DNA of 64,000 nt from Candidatus Sericytochromatia bacterium (GTDB taxonomy: Bacteria > Cyanobacteriota > Sericytochromatia > S15B-MN24 > JAQBPE01), in NCBI GenBank assembly GCA_035285125.1, contig JAYKHR010000026.1, positions 1 through 64,000 on the forward strand. The letters are read 5' to 3'. Shown in pieces: positions 9,680 through 17,756 of the stretch. Below the pieces are notes generated by a model that saw only the letters and a program-made list of their open reading frames with translations, did no database searches and was not told where the DNA came from. Position numbers and translations under genes: made by a program. Numbering within the stretch: the stretch's first letter is position 1; each line of letters starts with the position of its first letter.

Positions 9680-10816
9680 TCAGCGCAGCAGCTGGGTGGC
9701 GGCGATCGCGCAGCCCTTGTTCTTGCGGGTGCCGAGGCGCCCCATCAGCTCCAGCGTGGCCGTGTTGCGGCCGCACGGGCAGCCCGCGCCGCGCACGGCG
9801 AGGTCGCTCGTCAGCAGCGAGATGGCGGGCATCGAGAGCAGGTAGGGCGTGAGCAGGTTCAAGAAGCCTGCCTCCCCGTCCGGCAGCGGGGCCAGCGTCT
9901 CGACGTCGCGCACGATCGCCCGGGCGAAGTGCGAGACGTGGAACCGGTGGGCTTCGCATTCCAGGTAGGGCACGCCGTGCTCGACCAGCCCGTAGCCGTC
10001 GCGCTGGCAGGCCTCCGGGATGCCGAGGGCCTCCGCGACCTCACGTCGGAAGGCTGGCTTCGGGATCGCCTCGCGCTCGTTCTTCTTCCAGCCGCCCCCC
10101 GTCAGCACCCACGAGCCCGGCGGGAACGTCAGCGGCGGGAGGCCGGCCTCGCGGCGGTGCGCAAGGACGCGGTGCAGGAAGGCCGGGAAGCCGATGACGC
10201 GCAGCGGCCGCCCGGATGCCGCGAAGGCCTCCAGCTTGGCGCTGGTGGCCGCCGGGTCGAAGCCCCAGTCTCCGGCTCCCTCATCCCACCGCAGGGCGTA
10301 CCAGACCTCGGCGCGGGCCGTGAAGCGCGTCATGTAGTTGTCGGTGTAAGTCGTGCCGCGCGTGGCCGCCTGGGCAGGGTCGTGGGCGAAGACGAGGTAG
10401 TTCGCGACGAGATCGGGGTCGATCACGCCGTTGGCGCCGAAGCAGGCATCCACGGTGGCGAGCCCGCGCGCGAGCGAGCCTTCGTCGAAGCAGATCTGGC
10501 TCTTCTGGCCGGTGGTGCCGCTGCTCGTGAGCGTCAGCGCGACGTCCTCGCGGGGCACCGAGAGCAGCTCATGGTGCTTCAGCGTGTTGACGAAGATCCA
10601 GGGCACGCGGGCGAGGTCGGCCTCGGTCCGTAGTTCGTCCTCGTGGAAGCCGTGCCGGGCGCACAGGCCCTGGTAAAACGGGCTGGCCTGGCGGTGCCAG
10701 GCGACGGCGTCGCGCATCGCCTCGCGGAAGGTCTGGGTCTTGGCCTCGTCGAGCCTGTAGGGCTCCGGGGCCGACATGAGGGCCTCGAGGGCGGCGGTGG
10801 CGGCGGGCGCTGGCAT
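9680..10816 (-). CDS. LuxE-like acyl-protein synthetase
   Basis: TSSGTTG, TGGGWK, YGLVEH, LLTSD and C-terminal GR..KGC Cys; AGGAG RBS. Confidence 0.85.
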   Translation of the reverse strand: MPAPAATAALEALMSAPEPYRLDEAKTQTFREAMRDAVAWHRQASPFYQGLCARHGFHEDELRTEADLARVPWIFVNTLKHHELLSVPREDVALTLTSSGTTGQKSQICFDEGSLARGLATVDACFGANGVIDPDLVANYLVFAHDPAQAATRGTTYTDNYMTRFTARAEVWYALRWDEGAGDWGFDPAATSAKLEAFAASGRPLRVIGFPAFLHRVLAHRREAGLPPLTFPPGSWVLTGGGWKKNEREAIPKPAFRREVAEALGIPEACQRDGYGLVEHGVPYLECEAHRFHVSHFARAIVRDVETLAPLPDGEAGFLNLLTPYLLSMPAISLLTSDLAVRGAGCPCGRNTATLELMGRLGTRKNKGCAIAATQLLR

Positions 10817-10892
10817 GGCGGGTGCTCCTGACCCATCATACCCGGCCGCTCGGGCCTCGGGGGCTTGGTCCCCCCCTGCTCGCCCGGGGATA

Positions 10893-10916
10893 TCAGTACT
10901 TCGTCTTGCCGAACAT
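10893..10916 (-). CDS. Micro-ORF, 7-aa peptide MFGKTKY
   Basis: ATG TTC GGC AAG ACG AAG TAC TGA with AAGGAG 7 nt upstream; paralog of 11261-11284 and 12016-12039. Confidence 0.75.
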   Translation of the reverse strand: MFGKTKY

Positions 10917-11260
10917 CGCCCGTCTCCTTCCCAACCCCCTCACCGCCGACCGGTGATGAAAGGTGGGTCCGCCGGGCGGGTTCCGCGTCGGTTCCCAAGG
11001 TTGTGGAATTGGTTAAGATATTGTTATCGGATTGTCGGGCTTCGGCGGGGCGCATCGGTCAAGGTGGTCTTGCCGCCTGCGCTTCGCGTGGTTTCAAGCC
11101 GAGGGCACGGGGCCCCGGGAATTTTTGGAACCTCGGGCGGATCGCCCGGGGATTTGGCCTCACGCTGGGGGCTGCGCGGTGCCCTGCCAGGGGGGCTCGG
11201 GGGGCCCTCGACGTGCCGCTGGGGGTGCTGCCTCCACCTCGGGGGCTGGACCTGCCCGCT

Positions 11261-11284
11261 TCAGAACTTGGTCTTGCCGAACAT
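11261..11284 (-). CDS. Micro-ORF, 7-aa peptide MFGKTKF
   Basis: ATG TTC GGC AAG ACC AAG TTC TGA with GGAGG 8 nt upstream. Confidence 0.75.
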   Translation of the reverse strand: MFGKTKF

Positions 11285-11417
11285 CGCGCTTCCCTCCACT
11301 CTCCGGCACCGGCTCCCGGTGACAAGAGAGAGGTCCCCGCGGGTGGTGGGGGCGCGGTCGGTAAAGGGCCCTGGTTTGCTTAAGTGGGCATTATGGAAGG
11401 TGAAAGTTCCGCTAAGC
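11261..11417. repeat. 157-bp direct repeat, copy A (micro-ORF plus upstream region)
   Basis: Near-identical to 12016-12172, from TCAGAACTTGG to GAAAGTTCCGCTAAGC. Confidence 0.92.
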
Positions 11418-11435
11418 TGAACAACGTGCGCCCCC

Positions 11436-11981
11436 TCAGCGCCCCCGCCGCCAGTCCTCGGCCAGCATCGCGTAGGTGGCGTGATCCACGAAGTGGTCGT
11501 AGAGCCACTCGGCCTGCCGCCGCACGCCCTCGAGCTGGAAGCCGAGCCGCTCGGGGACGGCCCGGCTGCGGGCGTTGCCCACGGCGGCCGCGATCTCGAC
11601 GCGGTTCAGCCGCCACGTGTCGAAGGCGTGGTCCGTCAGCGCCGCGCAGGCCCGCGTCATCAGGCCGCGGCCCTGGAAGCCCTCGCCGAGCCAGTAGCCC
11701 AGGCTGACGTGCCGGTTGGCCCACGACGGCGGGTGGAACCCCACGACGCCGGCGAGATCCCCGCGGTGCCAGAGGCCCAGGCTGAAGCCCCGCTGGCTGG
11801 CCTCGGCCTCGCGCACGGCGCGGATGAAGGCAAGGGAGTGGGCCGCGGTGTGGTTGGCATCGACCCAAGGCAGCCAGGCGCGCAGGTGGGCGCGGTTGCC
11901 GTCGACGAGCGCGAACAGGGCGGGCGCGTCGGCCTCCTCCAGGAGGCGCATGTCGGTGGTGTCGTCCAGGCGGTGGTGCAT
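11436..11981 (-). CDS. RimJ/RimL-family GNAT N-acetyltransferase
   Basis: HLRAWLPW, LGYWL, FQGRGLMT, LNRVEI, NARSRAVPERLGF, EGVRRQ; GAGG upstream of the ATG. Confidence 0.9.
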   Translation of the reverse strand: MHHRLDDTTDMRLLEEADAPALFALVDGNRAHLRAWLPWVDANHTAAHSLAFIRAVREAEASQRGFSLGLWHRGDLAGVVGFHPPSWANRHVSLGYWLGEGFQGRGLMTRACAALTDHAFDTWRLNRVEIAAAVGNARSRAVPERLGFQLEGVRRQAEWLYDHFVDHATYAMLAEDWRRGR

Positions 11982-12015
11982 CAGAACCTCGGGGCGTTGG
12001 CCCGGCGACGGAGCC

Positions 12016-12039
12016 TCAGAACTTGGTCTTGCCGAACAT
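12016..12039 (-). CDS. Micro-ORF, 7-aa peptide MFGKTKF
   Basis: Identical to 11261-11284 including the GGAGG RBS. Confidence 0.75.
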   Translation of the reverse strand: MFGKTKF

Positions 12040-12172
12040 CGCGCTTCCCTCCACTCTCCGGCACCGGCGCCCGGTGACAAGAGAGAGGTCCACGCGGGCG
12101 GTGGGGGCGCGGTCGGTAAAGGGCGGTATTCTGGTTAAGAGAGCGGTAAGGAAGGTGAAAGTTCCGCTAAGC
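12016..12172. repeat. 157-bp direct repeat, copy B
   Basis: Near-identical to 11261-11417. Confidence 0.92.
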
Positions 12173-12305
12173 CGGGCGGCCGGGGGCGCCGCCATCGGCC
12201 GCCCGGGCGCGGCGCACGCGGGCCAACCGCAGGAGCGCGGCCACGGCGTCCACCGAGCGGGGGGAAGACGGGCTCACGGTCACCTCGCCCCGGTCACCCA
12301 CGCCC

Positions 12306-13625
12306 TCACAGCGTCTCGTCCACCGTCCCCTTGAACTTCCCCGTCACGGGCGCGAGCGGGATCCCGCCCGGGGCCAGCAGCACCACGGCCAGCGGGGCCA
12401 GGCTGCCCGCCGCGATGAGCTTGGCGACGTCGGGCTTGGCCCGCAGCACGGCGGCCTCCAGCCGGGCCTGCAGGCCTGGCTCGCGCGCCGCGTCGGGCAC
12501 CTCCACGCGGACCAGCAGGGCCTCGCGGCCGTCGTGCCGTTGCTTGACGAGCTGGACGGCCTGCCCGACGGCCGGCTCGTCGGCGAACGCGGCCAGCACC
12601 TCGGCCCGCAGCACCGTCGCGTAGCCCAGCCGCAGGGCTTCGTCGGCCCGCCCGAGCAGCTCGAAGACGGGGGTGGTGCGGCCGCAGGGGCAGGCCTCGG
12701 GCACCAGGCGCCCCTCGTCCCCGATGACGTAGCGGATCACCGGCTGCAGGTGGCGATCGAGGTTGGTCACGACCAGCGCCCCGGGCTCGCCCGGCGGCCT
12801 GGCGAGCCCCGTCGCCGGGTCCACGACCTCCACCACCACGTGGTCGGCCAGGACGTGGTGGAACCCGCCAGCGCGGGCCTCGCAGGCATGCCCCATCAGC
12901 CCTGAGTCCACGGCGCCGTAGCCCGCCGAGGCGATCACGGTGCAGCCGAGGGCCTCCGTGAGGTGCCGGCGATCGTCCGGGTGCAGGTGCTCGCCGGCGT
13001 AAAAGACCTTGGCGATGCTCACGCCCCGGGCCTGCAGCGCGGGCGCGACCTGGAGCAGCCGCGAGGGGAAGCCCACCAGCACGTCGATGCCGAAGCGGGC
13101 GCAGCCGTCCGCCACCACCTCGGCGTCGGCCGCCGCGGTGTAAGGGAAGCTCAGGCAGCCGAGCGTCTCGAGCAGGCGGTTGACGAAGCTGAAGGACGCA
13201 TAAAGCCCGCCCGAGGCAAAGAGGTTCGCCACGCGATCGCCCGGCCTGAGGCCTGCTGCCCGGTAGGTGCGGGCGAAGAGCGGCATGCAGCCTGCGAACT
13301 CGCCGTGGCTGTACACCGAGAACTTGGGCTCGCCCGTGCTGCCCCCGCTGCGAAACACGACGGCGTCCGCGAGGGGACCCGTCAGGGCGTCGCTGGAGCG
13401 GGGCGGCGAGGCCGCCACCCAGGCGTCCTTGGTCAGCAGGGGCAGGCGGCTGAGGTCAATCAGCCCGCCGAAGGTCTGGTTGGGCCCCCAGAGCTGGCGG
13501 TACAGGGGGGCCTGGGCCACGGCCAGTTGCACCAGCGCGCGCAGCTTGGCGTCCACCAGCGCGGCCTGGGCCTCGGGCGCCCAGCCCTCGAAGGCGTCGC
13601 GGGCGGAGGCCTCAGGCGCCCCCAT
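12306..13625 (-). CDS. PaaK-like (phenylacetate-CoA ligase family) adenylate-forming enzyme
   Basis: RSGGSTGEPK, GDRVANLF, YAGE, GYGAVDSG, IRYVIGD, VTGKF; paralogous to the C-half of 7000-9660. Confidence 0.85.
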   Translation of the reverse strand: MGAPEASARDAFEGWAPEAQAALVDAKLRALVQLAVAQAPLYRQLWGPNQTFGGLIDLSRLPLLTKDAWVAASPPRSSDALTGPLADAVVFRSGGSTGEPKFSVYSHGEFAGCMPLFARTYRAAGLRPGDRVANLFASGGLYASFSFVNRLLETLGCLSFPYTAAADAEVVADGCARFGIDVLVGFPSRLLQVAPALQARGVSIAKVFYAGEHLHPDDRRHLTEALGCTVIASAGYGAVDSGLMGHACEARAGGFHHVLADHVVVEVVDPATGLARPPGEPGALVVTNLDRHLQPVIRYVIGDEGRLVPEACPCGRTTPVFELLGRADEALRLGYATVLRAEVLAAFADEPAVGQAVQLVKQRHDGREALLVRVEVPDAAREPGLQARLEAAVLRAKPDVAKLIAAGSLAPLAVVLLAPGGIPLAPVTGKFKGTVDETL

Positions 13626-14823
13626 CGGCGTCCACCACCGGCTCCTGCATCTGGACCACCAGGTTGCGGAACTCCGTGTTCATCAAATAGGCGTCCAGGA
13701 ACTTGCGGTCGCGCGGCGTCAGCTGCACGTTCGAGAAGTTGAGCGGCAGGGTCGAGCGCGCGAACACCAGCTGGTCCTCACGGTGCTCACCCCGCTGCGC
13801 CATGCTGGGGAAGTAGGCGCAGGGCAGGAAGTTCGCCGACAGCGCCGCGCGCTGATGCGTCGGCTCGTGGGCGCTGACGAGCACCTCCATGTAGTCGATG
13901 CCCACGGTGCGGCCCGTCTCGAAGACCATGTCGAGAATGTGCGTCAGGTGCTGCACCTCGGCGCGGTCCACCTGCAGCGCGACCAGCACGCCGTGGCCGT
14001 CCTTGCCGTCGTGGTTGACGAAGGCCTTGACCTGCCCGTGCTCCGCCAGGAACAGGTGGGTCGGCGGGTGGAACGGGAAGAAGTCCAGCAGCAGCTCGCC
14101 GCGCTCCCGGCAACGGTTCAGGGCCTCCGGCACGAGCTCCCCACGCTCGACGCGCAGCCGCAGCCTGTCGGCGATCGGCACGATCTCGGCGGGTTCGAGG
14201 CCGTAAGACTGCCTGACGATGTCGTAGAAGCCTGCGACCTCGGGGATCAGCCGGGGCGTCTGCCGTCTCCCGGCAAAGGCGTCGGGGTGGAACAGCGCCT
14301 TCAGGCCGTGCGTCTCGTAGTGCGTTGTGCGGTGCACGTTCGGGAAGATGCCGAGGCTCATGAAGCCGAGCTTGCGCAGCAGGGAGTCTGGCCCCATCGT
14401 GCGCGTGCGGGTGGTGGCGTAGATGGCGTCGCAGAGGCGCGGCGTCTCATGCATCAGCCGCGCGATGCCGGTGCGGATGCTGAGTTCGGCGAGGCCGTCC
14501 CGGCGCCAGGTGGGGTCCGTGGCGGCCGCAAAGACCTTGGCATGGCGCTCCTGCGCGTCGAGCAAGAAGATCACGGAACTCACGAGCACGCCATCTCCCG
14601 CGTCCACCACGATCCACAGGCAGCTCGGGTCGCGCAGGGCCTCCTCGCGCTGGGGGCGGAGGTTCACGATGGGCATGCTGTAGGTGCCCTGGTAGACGCG
14701 GTGGTAAAGTTGCCAGATGGCTTCGGCGTCGTCGGGTGTCGCCCGCCGCAAGGTGGCTTGCCGGCCGTCTCGACACGTCAGGGGCTCGTGAATCACGAGG
14801 CGGGGTGGCGGTTGACTCGGCAT
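13612..14823 (-). CDS. Large GNAT-family acyltransferase (about 403 aa)
   Basis: LRRATPDDAEAI, TDPTWRRDGLA acyl-CoA-binding motif, LRKLGF; stop overlaps the next gene. Confidence 0.7.
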   Translation of the reverse strand: MPSQPPPRLVIHEPLTCRDGRQATLRRATPDDAEAIWQLYHRVYQGTYSMPIVNLRPQREEALRDPSCLWIVVDAGDGVLVSSVIFLLDAQERHAKVFAAATDPTWRRDGLAELSIRTGIARLMHETPRLCDAIYATTRTRTMGPDSLLRKLGFMSLGIFPNVHRTTHYETHGLKALFHPDAFAGRRQTPRLIPEVAGFYDIVRQSYGLEPAEIVPIADRLRLRVERGELVPEALNRCRERGELLLDFFPFHPPTHLFLAEHGQVKAFVNHDGKDGHGVLVALQVDRAEVQHLTHILDMVFETGRTVGIDYMEVLVSAHEPTHQRAALSANFLPCAYFPSMAQRGEHREDQLVFARSTLPLNFSNVQLTPRDRKFLDAYLMNTEFRNLVVQMQEPVVDADGGA

Positions 14824-14830
14824 GGCCCAG

Positions 14831-14839
14831 ATTATAGCA
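14831..14839 (-). promoter_or_regulatory. Extended -10 promoter, probable leaderless start of the cluster
   Basis: TGCTATAAT lies 7 nt before the ATG at 14823; no SD in between. Confidence 0.6.
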
Positions 14840-14941
14840 GGCGCCGGGGTCCGGGGCGGGGTGGCGATGGGTAGGTTGCCGCCGTGGCGGGTAAGTAACC
14901 CTCGGCCAGACCGGCACACGGATGTCCCGGCGGCGATGTGT

Positions 14942-15601
14942 ATGCTCCGACGACCCTCTCCCCCAACCAGACGCCCGCGCGCCGGTCGCCCCCAAGTTCG
15001 GGTGCGCCGTGGCTTCACGCTGCTGGAGATCGTCGTGGTGGCCGGCATCCTCGGGACGCTTGCGGCGATCGCCTACCCGAACTACCAGCAGTCGCAGGAC
15101 CGCGCCCGCAACGCCTCGATGATCTCGAACGTGAAGGTGCTGCAGACCGCGCTGCTCCAGTACTCCTCCGACCACGACGGGTCGCTGCCCAAGAGCCCCG
15201 ACGCCACGGACACCGGCCCAGGCGCCGCGAGCTACTCGCCTGCGGGCTCGGGGCTGGGTCCATACATGTCGGGTGGGGTCTTTCCGGCCTCGCCGTGGAG
15301 CGGCCAGTCGCCGGCGGTGCTGATGGCGCCGGGGGGCTCGCCGCTGAACACCGCCAAGGAGATCGCGGACGGCGACGGCATGGTCAAGCGCACGGGGACG
15401 ATCATCGGGGGTGGGTCGCTGTCGGCCGACGGCACCCGCAACCAGCCGCCCACCCTCCGGACGCATTACGGGGCCCTGATCTACAGCCGCGAGGCCGATC
15501 GCCAGCTCGGGCTGGTCTACGGCGTCGGCAAGAAGCGCGGCGAGGCCGTCGTGGCCGCCGGCTCCACCTCGGAGGGCGCCTCGGACGGTGGCGCGCCCTG
15601 A
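14942..15601 (+). CDS. Type IV pilin/pseudopilin-like protein (start uncertain)
   Basis: Class III signal RRG|FTLLEIVVVAGILGTLAAIAYPNY. Confidence 0.85.
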   Translation: MLRRPSPPTRRPRAGRPQVRVRRGFTLLEIVVVAGILGTLAAIAYPNYQQSQDRARNASMISNVKVLQTALLQYSSDHDGSLPKSPDATDTGPGAASYSPAGSGLGPYMSGGVFPASPWSGQSPAVLMAPGGSPLNTAKEIADGDGMVKRTGTIIGGGSLSADGTRNQPPTLRTHYGALIYSREADRQLGLVYGVGKKRGEAVVAAGSTSEGASDGGAP

Positions 15602-15778
15602 TCCCGCCCTCTGCGGCTCCGTTGAAACCGGCAGCGGGGCGCGGCGGCGTGGATGGCGCGGCTGCCTGATGCGGGCGCTCCAGCGTCGTTCGCGGGTCGT
15701 GGCGGGCGTGAAGGGTCGGTTGTGGTATCCTGTGCCTCGCGCGACCCTGCTGCAGGACGGGGCGCGAGGAGGACCGAG

Positions 15779-16750
15779 ATGGATCGTTCACTTCGTCGCA
15801 ACTTTTATCGGCAAATGTTGCTGATCCGGCTCTTCGAGGAGAAGTGCGCGGAGCTTTACGCCGGCGCCCAGATCGGCGGCTTCCTCCACCTCTATATCGG
15901 TGAAGAGGCCATCGCCGTTGGCGCGATTGCAGCCCTTGCCGAGCAGGACGACATCGTCACCCACTACCGGGACCATGGCCATGCCCTGGCGCGGGGCCTC
16001 GACACGGCCGCCGTGATGGCCGAGCTGTGCGGCCGGGCCACGGGCGTCTGCAAGGGGCGCGGCGGCTCGATGCACATCGCTGACGTCGACCACCGGTTCT
16101 GGGGTGGCTACGCGATCGTGGGCGGCCACCTGCCCGGCGCCGTGGGCCTTGCCCACGCCCACAAGTACCAGGGCACGGGCGGTGTCTCCGTCTGCTTCTT
16201 CGGAGATGCCGCGACAGACATCGGCGAGTTCCATGAGGCGATGAACTTCGCCCAGCTGTGGCGCCTGCCCATCATCTTCGTGTGCGAGAACAACCTCTAC
16301 GGCATGGGCGTGCCCCTCGCCATGAACTCCGCCGTGCCGCAGATCGTCGACAAGGCGCGGGCCTACAACATGCCGAGCGACCGCATCGACGGCATGGACG
16401 TCGAGGCCGTGTACGCGGCAATGAGCGCCGCCGTGGCGCACGCCAGGGCCGGCAATGGACCGTTCTTCCTGGAGGCGATGACCTACCGCTTCCGCGGCCA
16501 CTCGATGGCTGACCCCGAGCTGTACCGCGACAAGGCCGAGGTCGAGGAGTGGAAGAAGAAGGACCCCGTGGGCACCTACCGGGCCCGGCTCCTTCGCTCC
16601 AAGGTCCTCACCAATGCCACGGCCGACGCCCTCGACGCCGAGGTGGCAGCCGAGGTCGAGGCCGCGGCCCGCTTCGCCCTCGAGAGCCCTTACCCCGACC
16701 CGGACACGCTGTTCGACGACGTGTTCACGCCCGCCGCGGGCGCTCGCTGA
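15779..16750 (+). CDS. pdhA: Pyruvate dehydrogenase E1 alpha
   Basis: GFLHLYIGEEA, YRDHGH, GRGGSMH, FFGD, ENNLYGMG, YRFRGHSMADP; GAGGAGG RBS. Confidence 0.93.
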   Translation: MDRSLRRNFYRQMLLIRLFEEKCAELYAGAQIGGFLHLYIGEEAIAVGAIAALAEQDDIVTHYRDHGHALARGLDTAAVMAELCGRATGVCKGRGGSMHIADVDHRFWGGYAIVGGHLPGAVGLAHAHKYQGTGGVSVCFFGDAATDIGEFHEAMNFAQLWRLPIIFVCENNLYGMGVPLAMNSAVPQIVDKARAYNMPSDRIDGMDVEAVYAAMSAAVAHARAGNGPFFLEAMTYRFRGHSMADPELYRDKAEVEEWKKKDPVGTYRARLLRSKVLTNATADALDAEVAAEVEAAARFALESPYPDPDTLFDDVFTPAAGAR

Positions 16751-16763
16751 GGGGAGCTGAACA

Positions 16764-17732
16764 ATGCCTATTTTGACTTACCGCGATGCCCTGCGTCAGG
16801 CCCTCGCCGAGGAGATGCGCCAGGACTCCGCCGTCTGGATCCTCGGCCAGAACATCGCGGCCTACGGCGGCACCTATGCCGTCACCAAGGGCCTTTACCA
16901 GGAGTTCGGGCCTGACCGGGTCCGCGACACCCCCATCGCCGAGGCCGGCATCATCGGGCTCGCCATGGGCTCAGCCATGGGTGGTACGCGCCCTGTGGCC
17001 GAGATCATGAGCATCAACTTCACGCTCGTCGCGATTGACCAGATCGTCAACCACGCCGCGAAGATGCGCTACATGTTCGGCGGCCAGTGGTCCGTGCCGA
17101 TGGTCATCCGCACCGCCTCCGGCTACGGCATGCTGGCCGCGACGCACTCCCAGACCTTTGAGAACTGGTACGCCTACGTGCCAGGGCTCAAGGTCGTGAT
17201 GCCGGCGACGCCCTACGACGCCAAGGGCATGCTCAAGGCCGCCATTCGGGACCCGGACCCCGTCATGTTCATCGAGCACTCGAACCTGTACGGCCAGAAG
17301 GGTGAGGTGCCCGACGGCGAGTACCTCGTGCCGCTCGACCGGGCTGACGTGAAGCGGCAGGGTGACCACATCACGCTGGTGTGCTGGTCCAGCATGCTCA
17401 AGCCGTGCCTGGCTGCGGCCGAGGCGCTGGCGGCCGAGGGCGTCTCGGTGGAGGTCGTCGACATGCGCGCCCTGAGGCCCCTCGACACCGACACCGTCGT
17501 GGCCTCGGTCCGCAAGACAAGCCGGTGCGTGGTGGTCGAGGAGGGCTGGCGCTCTCTGGGCGTCGGCGCTGAGATCGCCGCGCGGGTGTCGGAGGAGGCC
17601 TTCGACTGGCTCGACGCCCCTGTGGGGCGCGTGGCTGGACGCGAGGTCCCGATGCCTTACGCCAAGAACCTCGAGAAGCTCTGCATCCCTGGCGAGCCCG
17701 AGATCATCGCCGCCTGCCGGGCCACGCTCTGA
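16764..17732 (+). CDS. pdhB: Pyruvate dehydrogenase E1 beta
   Basis: DTPIAE, RPVAEIM, ATHSQ, PGLKVV, VPMPYAKNLE. Confidence 0.93.
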   Translation: MPILTYRDALRQALAEEMRQDSAVWILGQNIAAYGGTYAVTKGLYQEFGPDRVRDTPIAEAGIIGLAMGSAMGGTRPVAEIMSINFTLVAIDQIVNHAAKMRYMFGGQWSVPMVIRTASGYGMLAATHSQTFENWYAYVPGLKVVMPATPYDAKGMLKAAIRDPDPVMFIEHSNLYGQKGEVPDGEYLVPLDRADVKRQGDHITLVCWSSMLKPCLAAAEALAAEGVSVEVVDMRALRPLDTDTVVASVRKTSRCVVVEEGWRSLGVGAEIAARVSEEAFDWLDAPVGRVAGREVPMPYAKNLEKLCIPGEPEIIAACRATL

Positions 17733-17756
17733 CGCCCGCCCGCACCTGGAGGACTC

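Noticed and set aside
7000..10816. Bioluminescence (lux) operon
   Set aside because: Only LuxC- and LuxE-like genes are present, with no luxA/B/D; the context is ligases, GNATs and an exporter.
11066..11075. Fourth micro-ORF copy (GGC AAG ACC on the minus strand)
   Set aside because: Only a 10-nt match, with no ATG, SD or stop in the expected positions.
11982..12080. N-terminal extension MSPGAGAGEW... of the RimL-like GNAT, and the matching ORF 11059-11325
   Set aside because: These are alternative-frame readings of the repeat; the GNAT fold starts at the ATG at 11981.
10893..12172. CRISPR array or IS ends as the explanation for the repeats
   Set aside because: Repeats are 157 bp with irregular spacing, and there are no cas genes, transposase or terminal inverted repeats.
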